Shown here: positions 48,126 to 57,248 of the stretch, piece by piece
Numbering within the stretch: the first letter of the stretch is position 1
How the letters are laid out: each line of letters starts with the position of its first letter
IMG/VR virus record: IMGVR_UViG_3300046168_000001
Coordinates: 1 to 58,751 of that record
From: a virus
Lineage: Duplodnaviria; Caudoviricetes
Length of the DNA: 58,751 bases
Direction: 5' to 3' (one strand)
The notes under the pieces: generated by a model
The model's database searches: none
What the model saw: only the letters and a program-made list of their open reading frames with translations
What the model was told of the DNA's origin: nothing
Made by a program: the position numbers and the translations under genes

Positions 48126-49908
48126 CTTCCATACAAGTTACACCAAACATTTCTGGACCTTTCTTAAAAGATTCCTGAAGTATTTCACCAACACGATCAG
48201 CATCGTCTGGATGTGCAACGTAAGCTATCTCATCATGGTAGAATAACCGTGGCTCTGCACGTAACCCTTCTTCATCAATTTTATTCATAGAATAAGACAA
48301 AGCAGATTTACATGTAATACCTTCTGCAGTTTGCAATAGGTAGTTAAGAGCTTGGTATTCACCAGACACAAACACAGGTCTACCGTCAAGTCCAGGGAAC
48401 CATCCCTCACCTGAAGCATATTGTGTGCTGCGCCATACTTCACCTAGTTTATCTTTAAGTTCTTTCAACCCTTTGATTCCTTTAGCAAAGTCTTCACGTG
48501 ACTTCTTGCCAGCATTAGCGTTGGGTTTACCAGTTAGGATAGAACCTAGTTTAGCATCACCAGCACCAAACAGATAAGCGTAAAGATAGTTCTTTGCGAT
48601 AGGTCTAGAACAACCAAGTGCATCTGCATTACGTTGGTGTTGATCACCATAGATTACTTCATTAGTAAACTCATCGTTGTTTACATAGTGACACAGACCA
48701 CGTAGTTGGTTGCCAGAACTATCTGCACCTACAACTTTCCAATCTTCATCAGGTATGAATAACTCACGTAACTCTTTACCCCAGGGGGCATTGACTCCTG
48801 GAAGATTTACGATTACTTCATGTCTGCAACGGAATGTTTGAGTACCAATAGTCCACATGTTACCATGTATACGTCCACCTTCTAGGGTTTCAAGCCAGCC
48901 TTTGATTACAGATGTACGGTTACGTAAAGTATAATACTCGCTGATCATTTTACCCATATCACCTAGTTTCTCTAGAGATGTATCAGTAATCTTTGGTCCT
49001 ACAGTCACCCAGTCACGCCCAATCTTCTTTCGATTGTATTCGTCTGGCTTCCAACCGATAGTTAGTAACCATTCTTTTACAAGTTCCATAGATCCTAATG
49101 TGATCTGCTCTACTGTAAATCGTTGGAACTCTTTGTTTACCGGATGTACATGTGTATCTTCTGGTTTTACTTCTTTTTCATAGAAGTCTGAAAGTAAACG
49201 TGCAGTTACAGCAGTGTAGTCACCATTCTTTTTGTATTTAGGTGTCTTAGGTGTTTTATCAATGTATACCTTATGCGTACCTAATTGAGGATGTAGTACT
49301 TTTTCAATCTCGTCCATCCTAGTTTGCATAAGCTTAAGATTCTTGACTGCTTTAGGTCTATCAAACTTCCAACCACGGGTCTTTACACGGGCATTAAACT
49401 TTGCAGTATCATGCTCAATTAGTAAACCCTCTTTAATTGTTGGACGCTTAGCAGCAATTCGTTTGTACTCTTCTATAAGTTGATTAAACACAGCTACATT
49501 TAGCATCACATCTTGTACACAGTAGCGTAGCATTTCTTTAGAGTACCCATCCCAATCATCAAATTCAATCTTTGAGTTGTTAAGATGTTCACCCCAACCC
49601 TTTAAGCCATGCTTGTGGGGTCTTTTGTATTGCAATACTTGAGACATAATCCAAGTATCATATATTTTCTTATTATTTAGTTTCAAATCATACAGTTTTT
49701 CCATAACTAAATTATCAAATCCGATAATGTTATGACCAATCAACACTTCTGCGTTGTTTAATACTGCACAACCATCATCCATTCCTGGAAGAGAGTCATC
49801 ATAATCACTAAATTTGTATGTTGTACCAGTGTCTATGTTGTGTGCTACAAGACACCATACTTTAGTTGCATCAAAACCATCTGTTTCAATATCATACACT
49901 AATTTCAT
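48082..49908 (-). CDS. DNA polymerase, family A (T7 gp5-like)
   Basis: Exo DIETDG, HNIIGFD, YCVQDV; motif A GADSSGNQLR, motif B RPIAKNYLYAYLFG, motif C YHDE. Confidence 0.95.
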   Translation of the reverse strand: MKLVYDIETDGFDATKVWCLVAHNIDTGTTYKFSDYDDSLPGMDDGCAVLNNAEVLIGHNIIGFDNLVMEKLYDLKLNNKKIYDTWIMSQVLQYKRPHKHGLKGWGEHLNNSKIEFDDWDGYSKEMLRYCVQDVMLNVAVFNQLIEEYKRIAAKRPTIKEGLLIEHDTAKFNARVKTRGWKFDRPKAVKNLKLMQTRMDEIEKVLHPQLGTHKVYIDKTPKTPKYKKNGDYTAVTARLLSDFYEKEVKPEDTHVHPVNKEFQRFTVEQITLGSMELVKEWLLTIGWKPDEYNRKKIGRDWVTVGPKITDTSLEKLGDMGKMISEYYTLRNRTSVIKGWLETLEGGRIHGNMWTIGTQTFRCRHEVIVNLPGVNAPWGKELRELFIPDEDWKVVGADSSGNQLRGLCHYVNNDEFTNEVIYGDQHQRNADALGCSRPIAKNYLYAYLFGAGDAKLGSILTGKPNANAGKKSREDFAKGIKGLKELKDKLGEVWRSTQYASGEGWFPGLDGRPVFVSGEYQALNYLLQTAEGITCKSALSYSMNKIDEEGLRAEPRLFYHDEIAYVAHPDDADRVGEILQESFKKGPEMFGVTCMEGGDYVIGTSYADVH

Positions 49909-50191
49909 AAGCTTTTCTTTCTAGGTAGTGTTTCTCTTTTACTGACCTGATTGTGTGACAATTAGCGCAACGTATGTCGCACTTACGAGCCTCTTTGATA
50001 ATGTTCTTGATACTACAAGAAGCCATTCTATGAGGCGTATATATTTTATCTGTTGGATCTCTGTGATCCCATTGAAGAGCATAGGGGTTTTCATTGTAAC
50101 CGCAATCAATACAGCCTTTAGCAATTTTGTATCGGTCTAGTATTTTTCTACGTCTTCTTATTTTTAGTATTTGTTTTTGGTTGCAAGTCAC
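49892..50191 (-). CDS. HNH-type Zn-binding endonuclease
   Basis: GCIDCG...LQWDHRDP...KCDIRCANCH. Confidence 0.75.
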   Translation of the reverse strand: MTCNQKQILKIRRRRKILDRYKIAKGCIDCGYNENPYALQWDHRDPTDKIYTPHRMASCSIKNIIKEARKCDIRCANCHTIRSVKEKHYLERKAYEISV

Positions 50192-50394
50192 TTATCGTTC
50201 CCTTCTGGCATGTCGCATTTAGGACAAATAGTATACTTTGAATCAATGCTCATAATGGAAAACTCCTTTCCGCAAATGTCGCATATGATTGTTTTAAACG
50301 GTTTGTCGGTTATGTGATCTTGTTTGCTTCTGTCCGATCTCATGCTCCAAAGTATCCCTCGTTGTTTACAGTCCTGTGTTCTTTTGGACCCCAT
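50188..50394 (-). CDS. Small Zn-ribbon protein
   Basis: CDICG...CPKC; start uncertain. Confidence 0.5.
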   Translation of the reverse strand: MGSKRTQDCKQRGILWSMRSDRSKQDHITDKPFKTIICDICGKEFSIMSIDSKYTICPKCDMPEGNDK

Positions 50395-50555
50395 TTTTCC
50401 ATAAGTAAATCAATATTACTTATAGGTTTAGATCTGTCCATGTAGTCATCATATAAACATTCATATGCATAATCGTATACAGATTCAGTAGGCCAAGAGT
50501 GTAACATGTCTTTAATAGCCTCTACGATATCTTCTTCATTATATTTTTCAATCAT
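50340..50555 (-). CDS. Hypothetical protein
   Basis: Coupled ORF in operon. Confidence 0.55.
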   Translation of the reverse strand: MIEKYNEEDIVEAIKDMLHSWPTESVYDYAYECLYDDYMDRSKPISNIDLLMEKWGPKEHRTVNNEGYFGA

Positions 50556-50874
50556 TTCTAGACCTTTCTATTTGTTTCTGAAGGTTTGCTAAGGCTCTCC
50601 AAGCTACTTGTGCCCAGTCCTCATCAATTAAATGCCGCATCATAGCGTCTAACTCATCACCAGATTTAGATCTATCCCAGTGTAGTGTTTCTGGTGTTTG
50701 ACCATGTTGGATACCACCTTTGAGAGATACTTTTGAGACCTCTACGATTGCGTCAGGGAAGTATTTTATAAATCCTGTATACACTGGAATAGCTTTACGT
50801 TCTTTTGCGTCAGTTGGTAGTGTAGATTTTAGTTGTCTTTTCATGTATTCTTCATGTCTTTCGTTAGCGATCAT
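50548..50874 (-). CDS. dATP/dGTP diphosphohydrolase-like protein (DUF5664-like)
   Basis: FPDAIVEVSKVS..G..H...W...DAMMRHL...VAWRALA. Confidence 0.65.
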   Translation of the reverse strand: MIANERHEEYMKRQLKSTLPTDAKERKAIPVYTGFIKYFPDAIVEVSKVSLKGGIQHGQTPETLHWDRSKSGDELDAMMRHLIDEDWAQVAWRALANLQKQIERSRND

Positions 50875-51199
50875 CTCCAGACCCTTTCAATGTGTTTGCT
50901 TCTGCTCTTGCTTTTAGTTTATCCAGATTAGAAATAGCAATAAGATCAAGGTCAGTATCCAACTCTGAGGCAAGGACAGCGATATACCAAAGAGTATCAC
51001 CAAGTTCCATAGTAATAGCGTTAAGGGCTTCCTCGGCTTTTTCTGGGTCATTGTCGTAATCTCCACGAAGAATCTTCTTCACTTTGTTTGCGACCTCAGC
51101 AGCCTCTCCTGACAAACCTAATGCCAAGTACGGAAGTGCGTTATCTTTTGGATAGACAGCCGTTGTAACAGCCTTTGATTGGTAGTCATTTAGTTTCAT
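50864..51199 (-). CDS. mazG: MazG-like nucleotide pyrophosphohydrolase
   Basis: YQ..A..TA, LGLSGEAAEVANKVKK, ELGDTLWY, NLDKL..R...GSGDDR. Confidence 0.88.
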   Translation of the reverse strand: MKLNDYQSKAVTTAVYPKDNALPYLALGLSGEAAEVANKVKKILRGDYDNDPEKAEEALNAITMELGDTLWYIAVLASELDTDLDLIAISNLDKLKARAEANTLKGSGDDR

Positions 51200-51205
51200 A
51201 GTGTT

Positions 51206-51221
51206 TATATACCCCTTATAG
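51206..51221 (+). promoter_or_regulatory. Phage RNAP promoter copy pointing at the terS-like gene
   Basis: Exact TATATACCCCTTATAG. Confidence 0.75.
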
Positions 51222-51270
51222 AATTAATACCTTATTGATGACGAGGCTTGTCCTCGGCATAAAGATATAC

Positions 51271-51286
51271 CTATAAGGGGTATATG
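51271..51286 (-). promoter_or_regulatory. Phage RNAP promoter copy pointing at the replication operon
   Basis: Reverse complement reads CATATACCCCTTATAG (15/16). Confidence 0.75.
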
Positions 51287-51304
51287 GAATTTATGGAGAG
51301 AACA

Positions 51305-51709
51305 ATGCCTTTTAATCCAAAAAGTCTCAAGAACTTAAATGGTTCTTGGACTACTGAGTCTGCTAGAAAAGCACAGGCCAAGGGTGTAGAAACCCGCAAG
51401 GCCAATAAAGAAGCTAGAGAAGCTGCTAAAATGTCTATGGCTGAATGGAAGCTATACAAAACAGATGTTCTTGATCAGACTAATATGACATCTTTGGATG
51501 TCCTTAAGATAATGATGATTAAGGCTGTGTCAAAAGATGACATGGATACTGCAGTAGACATTGCAAAAACTTTAGCAGAATTTGAAGCACCTAAACTTGC
51601 ACGTGTCGATCAGACCAATGTAGAAATACAGGCTGAAGATTTATCTGATGAAGAACTGCAAGAACTATTAGATCAAGCAAGTGCCGAGGCGAGTGCCCCG
51701 CGACACTGA
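51305..51709 (+). CDS. Terminase small subunit-like protein (inverted single-gene island)
   Basis: NPKSLKNL...E.ARKAQAKG..RKA N-terminus, AEFEAPKL, LSDEEL; own promoter and terminator. Confidence 0.6.
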   Translation: MPFNPKSLKNLNGSWTTESARKAQAKGVETRKANKEAREAAKMSMAEWKLYKTDVLDQTNMTSLDVLKIMMIKAVSKDDMDTAVDIAKTLAEFEAPKLARVDQTNVEIQAEDLSDEELQELLDQASAEASAPRH

Positions 51710-51757
51710 TGCATTTTGTCGGTTACCCAAAAAAGATGCCTATGCGTTTTGTCGGTT
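51709..51757. repeat. Tandem ATGCRTTTTGTCGGTT motif (51709-51724, 51742-51757); third copy at 55988-56003
   Basis: Three intergenic copies with 15-16/16 identity. Confidence 0.8.
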
Positions 51758-51761
51758 AGCT

Positions 51762-51816
51762 AAAAGAAAATAAAAGAGTCCCTAGATACACATTGTAGTG
51801 TACCTAGGGGCTTTTT
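51762..51816. terminator. Bidirectional terminator
   Basis: A-rich run, AGTCCCTAG-ATACAC...GTGTAC-CTAGGGGCT, T-run; between convergent genes. Confidence 0.82.
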
Positions 51817-51821
51817 GGTTA

Positions 51822-52022
51822 TTATACGTGTGCTTTAGGGCGGCTACAAAAGTTACCACCAGTACCGTTTGGGCTACCTGCAGCTAACCGTGATACAGAT
51901 AAGTATCCTTGGTTGCTTGAGAATGAACCCTTGGGACCATATTGATCAGTAGTCCTACGGAACTGCAGGTTTTGCCGACCAATTGGGTTAACGATAATTT
52001 TTGCTTTAACTGCTTTTTGCAT
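51822..52022 (-). CDS. Hypothetical early protein
   Basis: ATG ORF ending at the terminator. Confidence 0.6.
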   Translation of the reverse strand: MQKAVKAKIIVNPIGRQNLQFRRTTDQYGPKGSFSSNQGYLSVSRLAAGSPNGTGGNFCSRPKAHV

Positions 52023-52034
52023 GTTTTTAACTTT

Positions 52035-52190
52035 CTACTGTACTGTACGAGATTGATCAAGATCTTGAAGGACAAACCCAAGATCGATATAAAGAGTGAT
52101 TGCTTCTTCTTCTGTTAGAAGCACTTCTTCACCACCAAAGTCAATGGCAATTTTACCATCGGCTTCAGCGTATACATCTTCTATAGTCAT
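52035..52190 (-). CDS. Small acidic protein (51 aa; not in ORF track)
   Basis: MTIEDVYAEADGKIAIDFGG...; TAATG coupling. Confidence 0.55.
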   Translation of the reverse strand: MTIEDVYAEADGKIAIDFGGEEVLLTEEEAITLYIDLGFVLQDLDQSRTVQ

Positions 52191-55100
52191 TACACATCAT
52201 CACTATCGTCTACAAAACCATCTTTGAAAGCATCGTGTAGGACTGAGACATTTTCTGTATCTATAGAACCATAGACATTGTAATGAACTAGATCTGAATT
52301 ATACCGTTTACCTTTACCTAATCTAAGGCTTTCACCACAAACAGCGTCTAGTTTTGTATATGCTTCTGTAGCTTTATCTAGGTGTCTTGTATATACATCG
52401 AATGATATTTTCATGTCATACCCCATATGTGTTATTAATTGCGTTTTCTACCATGCCTTGGATTTCTTGTTGTGACATGGATAATCCAAGTTTCTGTAGT
52501 TCAAAGTTTACAAGGTCTTTGACATGCACTGTGATATATTGTTTTGATTCTTCAATATAATTATCTACCATGCACCATTCGTTGTATACTTCTTGTTCTA
52601 CTATTTCTTCTATTGAGATAGCGATTTCTTTCATTTTACCCATTACATAGCCTTTAGTTTGTTATAACGAGTCCACCACATTTGCCAAGAGAATTGGTCA
52701 TTACGTTTTTTGAATAACTCTAGTAATTCTGTGATAGCTTCATCGGGTAATTTGTAATCTACAGCGAACTTAGCAAAGAACTCAAAGTCTTGTTTAGTCA
52801 TACTATTAGCCAGACACCAACAATTACATGGATCCATCCAATAGTAGCAATCATTTTATCAATATCAATATTCATCATTATCCTCGTAATAATCAATTGT
52901 GTCAGGACGTTTGAAATCGTGTTCCCAATCGTCACATTCAGCATCAAAGGTCATTGTTGTACCATCAGTGAATGTAATACCACCATCAGCCCATTTGACA
53001 TATAGCTCATCGATATCATCAACTTCCATACTTTCTGGCAAATTGACAAAGACTTGACCGTATGTACTGTAAGATAGTTCTACTCTGATTCTGGTCATCA
53101 ACAAGTCTCCAGTTGTTCAATATGTGGGTCATAGTATTCTTCTAGGTATTCACATACTTGATCCCAGTTTTCTGGGTAGAAATCTAAATCACCAGCCCAG
53201 ATACCATCGTTGTATTCGTTTTTACATACAACAGAGAAGTTACTGTCTTCTTGAATAGTACCATAACACCAAGTTTCTCCACCATCTTTACGTTTGTATA
53301 CATGTTTATCAAGCATAGTTAAACCTCACTGATATCTCTTGAGTGGTTGACATGACACATTTTTCATTACGTTTGAATAGTTCAGCCTCAATTAGATTGA
53401 GACCAGAGAATGTGGGATCGTCAGATATAACACGAACAATCCAGACTTCTTCACGCATTTGGACAGAGTTTGTAGTGCCGTCAGTGTTAGTACCTTCATT
53501 ATTCCAGTGACCGACACCGTTGTATGCTGTGCAGCCGCCATGAATATTAGTTAGAAGTGTCTTGGCATCTTCAAAGGTTTGTCTACCCACTGCACATGGG
53601 ATATATACTTCATGTATGTAGTTCATTGTTCTAGTACCACTTCTGCATTAGTTTCTATCCAGACTTTAGCACCACATGATAGTGGTTTGTCAGGGCTGTA
53701 TACGACTGTACTACCGCCCATGATATGAACAGCGTGTGCATACTCGTTAGACTTATTGGTTTTGACAGTGATTACAGGGTTACGATTACCAGACTTTGCA
53801 TTGGCTTTGATAACATGTTGGTTGATATGAATACGTTTAAGTGTCATTATCAATCTCCCATAAGTCATCTACATCAATACCGTCACAAAGATATGAGTAA
53901 TCATAGTTAGGTACGTTAAACAGTTTGACAGTTCCATCTTTATTGCGGATGTAATCTTCTGTTTCATCATCCACTACACATATAGGCATATCCCATACAT
54001 GTATTGTATAAGTTTTATTTGGGTCAAAGATCATCCTGTCTCTCCACACAAAAGCATTGTTGGTTTGGGTGGTCAAAACCACGTTCAGTTGCAGAGACAT
54101 GGCATTGAGACATGTATTTATGTTCTGACCATATTTCTGTCTGTACTTCAATAGGTGTGATTGTAGTTACACAGGCAAGCACCCATTTATATACTATTGG
54201 GTTCATCGTCATACACCTCACCAAAGTCTTGCCATTCTTGTTCCCAAGTAGGCTGACCATCATCGTAGTCGTTTTCATCTTCATACCAATGTGGTTCTGT
54301 GCCAACTACGATTTGTGCAATAGCTGCACAGTATATATCATCACCTTGCTTTATAACATTGTACATTTCTTGGGCATGTTCCCATGTTTCAGAGACTTGC
54401 CAGTGATCTACAAGTGTAGGTTTGTTGTCAATTGTTTGTCTGACATTCCAAGATACAATATACATGCTCATAGTATTTCTTCCCAATCGTTTACAAGGTG
54501 CTCTACATCGTAGCATTCCATGCTGTCATGGTGTGTGACTAATTCAACTCTTAGATCACCATCTTTCCATTCTTGTGCATGTACCTCGTGAAAGTCCCAA
54601 TCAGTTGGTGTATTAAATCTTAAGTGCATATTACCAGAGCCAGTAATGTGTTCTTTCCATGCATTGGAAGAGAACAGATCGTCTCGTCTAGCAAGTTTAA
54701 TAAACTCTTTACCAGAAGTTTTAGTTAGTTGTAATACTACTTCACCGTATCCATTAGAGCATATATCTTCAATATCATCCATTGTAAATTGATATGGTAG
54801 TTTACAATGTAGGTCGAGTTCATAGTATTCTGTACATCGTACATCAATTCTGATTTGAGTTGACATCTTTAAGATACTCCTGTTTCCATTCTGAGAATGC
54901 ATAACCGCCCATTTGACTGAATTGGTGCAGAATGTGATTGTTTACCATGAGAGCAAGAACAGTAGCATATGCTTTGTATTCAAAGGTCTCAATGTAATCT
55001 TGTATATCATCCCAAGATTCTGGGGTGATTACTAGTTTTTGATTTGATAGATCCATCAGTGACCAGCCTTTCCTGCATATCCTTTACCGTTTAGTTTGTG

Positions 55101-55780
55101 TCTGCGATCACTGGCTTCTTGCCTATCGATACGCTCAACATCTTCCATTTGGTCACGCAAGAAATGATACAGCTGAGTCATTTGCTCTGCAGGTGTTTTG
55201 TCATCGTATGGTACAAAACAAGTCTGCATGAATTGATAGTTATCTATCATTCTTTGTATTTTCTTTTCTGTAAGTGTCATTAGATTTCTTTCTGTTGTAA
55301 ATCTTTTTTGACTGTACAACCTTTTTACTTTGCCTGTTCATAAGCATGGCACGAGCAATACGGTTGACTGGTTTGATTGGATCCATCGTTATCTCTCTGT
55401 TGCTATATATTTTACAATGTTTAGTACAATGAACAATAGCAATATGATGATATAGATAGATCCGAACAACATTATATACTTACCACATCTTTATCATATT
55501 GAATTTCATATTCAGTGATATGTCTGATAAGTGCTACTTGTTCAATGACAAGAGCATCTGCAAGAATACCAGTAGCTTCATCAACATAGTCTGCTGCTGT
55601 TGATATGATTCTTCTGGATTTACTAACAGTGGTTTTGATACCCCTGTGTTTTGCACAGGATAACACAAGCATTACTTCAGCTTCTGTTAGTTTATCTTTA
55701 AGAGTAAACTCTACAGTATTATGAACGATAGCATTGATATCTTCTGTATCACTGTCACGCCATTCGTTGTCATTAGACAT
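52190..55780 (-). other. Dense cluster of roughly 15-20 small early hypothetical genes (e.g. 52190-52426, 52416-52643, 52865-53104, 53098-53316, 53309-53626, 53623-53868, 54187-54516, 54468-54902, 54844-55056, 55472-55780)
   Basis: Overlapping or coupled minus-strand ORFs, mostly acidic, no recognisable catalytic motifs. Confidence 0.75.
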
Positions 55781-55979
55781 GTTTCCAAATCCTCTCTTCA
55801 TGGTGACCTGCCCATGAACTAGCGTTGTTTTCAGCAAACTCAAAGATTGTCCACTCTACATCATCGTTAGTTCCTTCAGCAACTGTTCTGCGTCTGTCGG
55901 CTATAGAAAGTAAACGTTTGTAGACTCTGGCTTCAAAGGAATCTTTGAGAGCATCTGGTTCTGTAAATAGATTAATCGT
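55773..55979 (-). CDS. 68-aa ORF with non-canonical (ACG) or mutated start
   Basis: GGAGACTT-ACG ATT AAT CTA TTT ACA GAA CCA...TGG AAA CAT GTC TAA; in-frame stop upstream and no ATG. Confidence 0.5.
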   Translation of the reverse strand, partial: TINLFTEPDALKDSFEARVYKRLLSIADRRRTVAEGTNDDVEWTIFEFAENNASSWAGHHEERIWKHV

Positions 55980-56114
55980 AAGTCTCCATGCATTTTGTCG
56001 GTTCGACTAAAATTATCCGAGAGTAGCCCAAGGTTTCCCAAGGCTATCTCTGATGTTTGTACAAGGCTCCAATAGAGCAGGGTGGGCTACTATTTAGCCC
56101 TGCGAACATAAAGT

Positions 56115-56127
56115 GTCCCGAAGGGAC
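56115..56127 (-). promoter_or_regulatory. GTCCC-GAA-GGGAC triloop hairpin; candidate virion-RNAP promoter
   Basis: 21-mer AAGTGTCCCGAAGGGACTCAA matches the DTR element with one compensatory pair. Confidence 0.6.
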
Positions 56128-56139
56128 TCAATAATAAAT

Positions 56140-56730
56140 ATACAAGCGCCTCTGGTGCTTCAAGGCTAACTAAGACCGAGCACACAGAGTCGCTATACGA
56201 AACTGGCGAGATGTGGTGTAACAGTGTGACGGGATATGTTCCAGTTTAGTATGTTACAAACGCTGTCAGTGCATATAATTCTGTACAGGCCAAGACAGAC
56301 TCACTCGGCACAGTTGAAGCTGTACCACTACCCTCGCAAGGCAGCATTGCAATTTGAAGATGCGTGATCTGTAATTAGACCACGACTAGCTGTTTTCACC
56401 GGAATTGGTGCATACGGGACGCTTCTCTCCCCGTCTTGACTATATGCAGCACTGAACATCCGAGTCTTACTCTGCGATGTGCCCCACCATACTTATAAGT
56501 GTACCGCGCTTTGGGTTCTTTTGATGTATACTACGCTCTCACCGAGCTTCCACGTTTTTTCATTCTGTTACCATGTGTCCTATTGCTAGGCTAGACGCTT
56601 TTCCAATATGCTAGTCGTAGTTTGCAACACAGTGGGTACAGGCTATTGTGCCTGAGTTTCAGAGATAAACTGCAGCGGTTCTGCAGCACGTAGTATATGA
56701 AGAAAGCAGTTTAGTGTCATGCTAAGGACA
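56140..56730 (-). ncRNA. Candidate large structured non-coding RNA (unidentified)
   Basis: ORF-free; four nested long-range helices, two with minus-strand G-U pairs; GNRA-capped hairpin; crossing 7+7 bp helices. Confidence 0.55.
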
Positions 56731-56735
56731 TAGAA

Positions 56736-57248
56736 TTAGAACAGATCGCTAGGTGACCCTTGAACTTCTGCAGTTGGCTCAATAGAACCTACAGCTTCAA
56801 AGTCTACACCACCAGTTGGTGCATAGACTACAAGGTCTGTGATCTGAATAGCTGTGAGTGAGCTTGCAACGCCCTTACGACCAGCAGTGTCATATGGGTA
56901 TTGAAACACAATCACGTTAGCTTTGGAACCATTACCGATTGTGGTAACAGACTCCATAGGTGTGAGATCAGAGTTGACCACACGTACCTTGCCGTTAGTA
57001 TCACCATTTGCCTTGTGAGCTTTACGCTTAAGACTAGCAGTGAACATACCAGCAGCATCTTTGACCAATGCTCCATCTTTCCTACGGAACATGACATAGT
57101 TCTCTTCAAGCTCTTGGACTTTAGTTTCATCAGCAGTAGCAATTTGTAGCTCATACTGTTCAGTACCAAAAGGATTGACAGGCTTGTCAAGTTTAGGATA
57201 GTTGATAGTTACGTCATTGATCTTGAAATTACGTACTTCTGTTAGCAT
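56736..57248 (-). CDS. ssb: Single-stranded DNA-binding protein (T7 gp2.5/Enc34-like)
   Basis: YPKLDKP, IGNGSKANV, GVASSLTAIQITDLV, C-terminal acidic tail ending in Phe (SDLF). Confidence 0.8.
   Translation of the reverse strand: MLTEVRNFKINDVTINYPKLDKPVNPFGTEQYELQIATADETKVQELEENYVMFRRKDGALVKDAAGMFTASLKRKAHKANGDTNGKVRVVNSDLTPMESVTTIGNGSKANVIVFQYPYDTAGRKGVASSLTAIQITDLVVYAPTGGVDFEAVGSIEPTAEVQGSPSDLF

Noticed and set aside
50548-51199. 2-aminoadenine (Z) genome pathway
   Set aside because: No PurZ/adenylosuccinate-synthetase-like gene is visible in the genome
56115-56127. Hairpin read as a minus-strand cUUCGg terminator
   Set aside because: The tetraloop register leaves only 2 stem pairs; the full 5-bp stem requires a 3-nt loop
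56380-56620. Group I intron-like GACUA / AUAUAGUC words in the structured region
   Set aside because: No interrupted gene flanks it, and GACUA is better explained by a 12-bp helix; core P4/P6 elements not recognised
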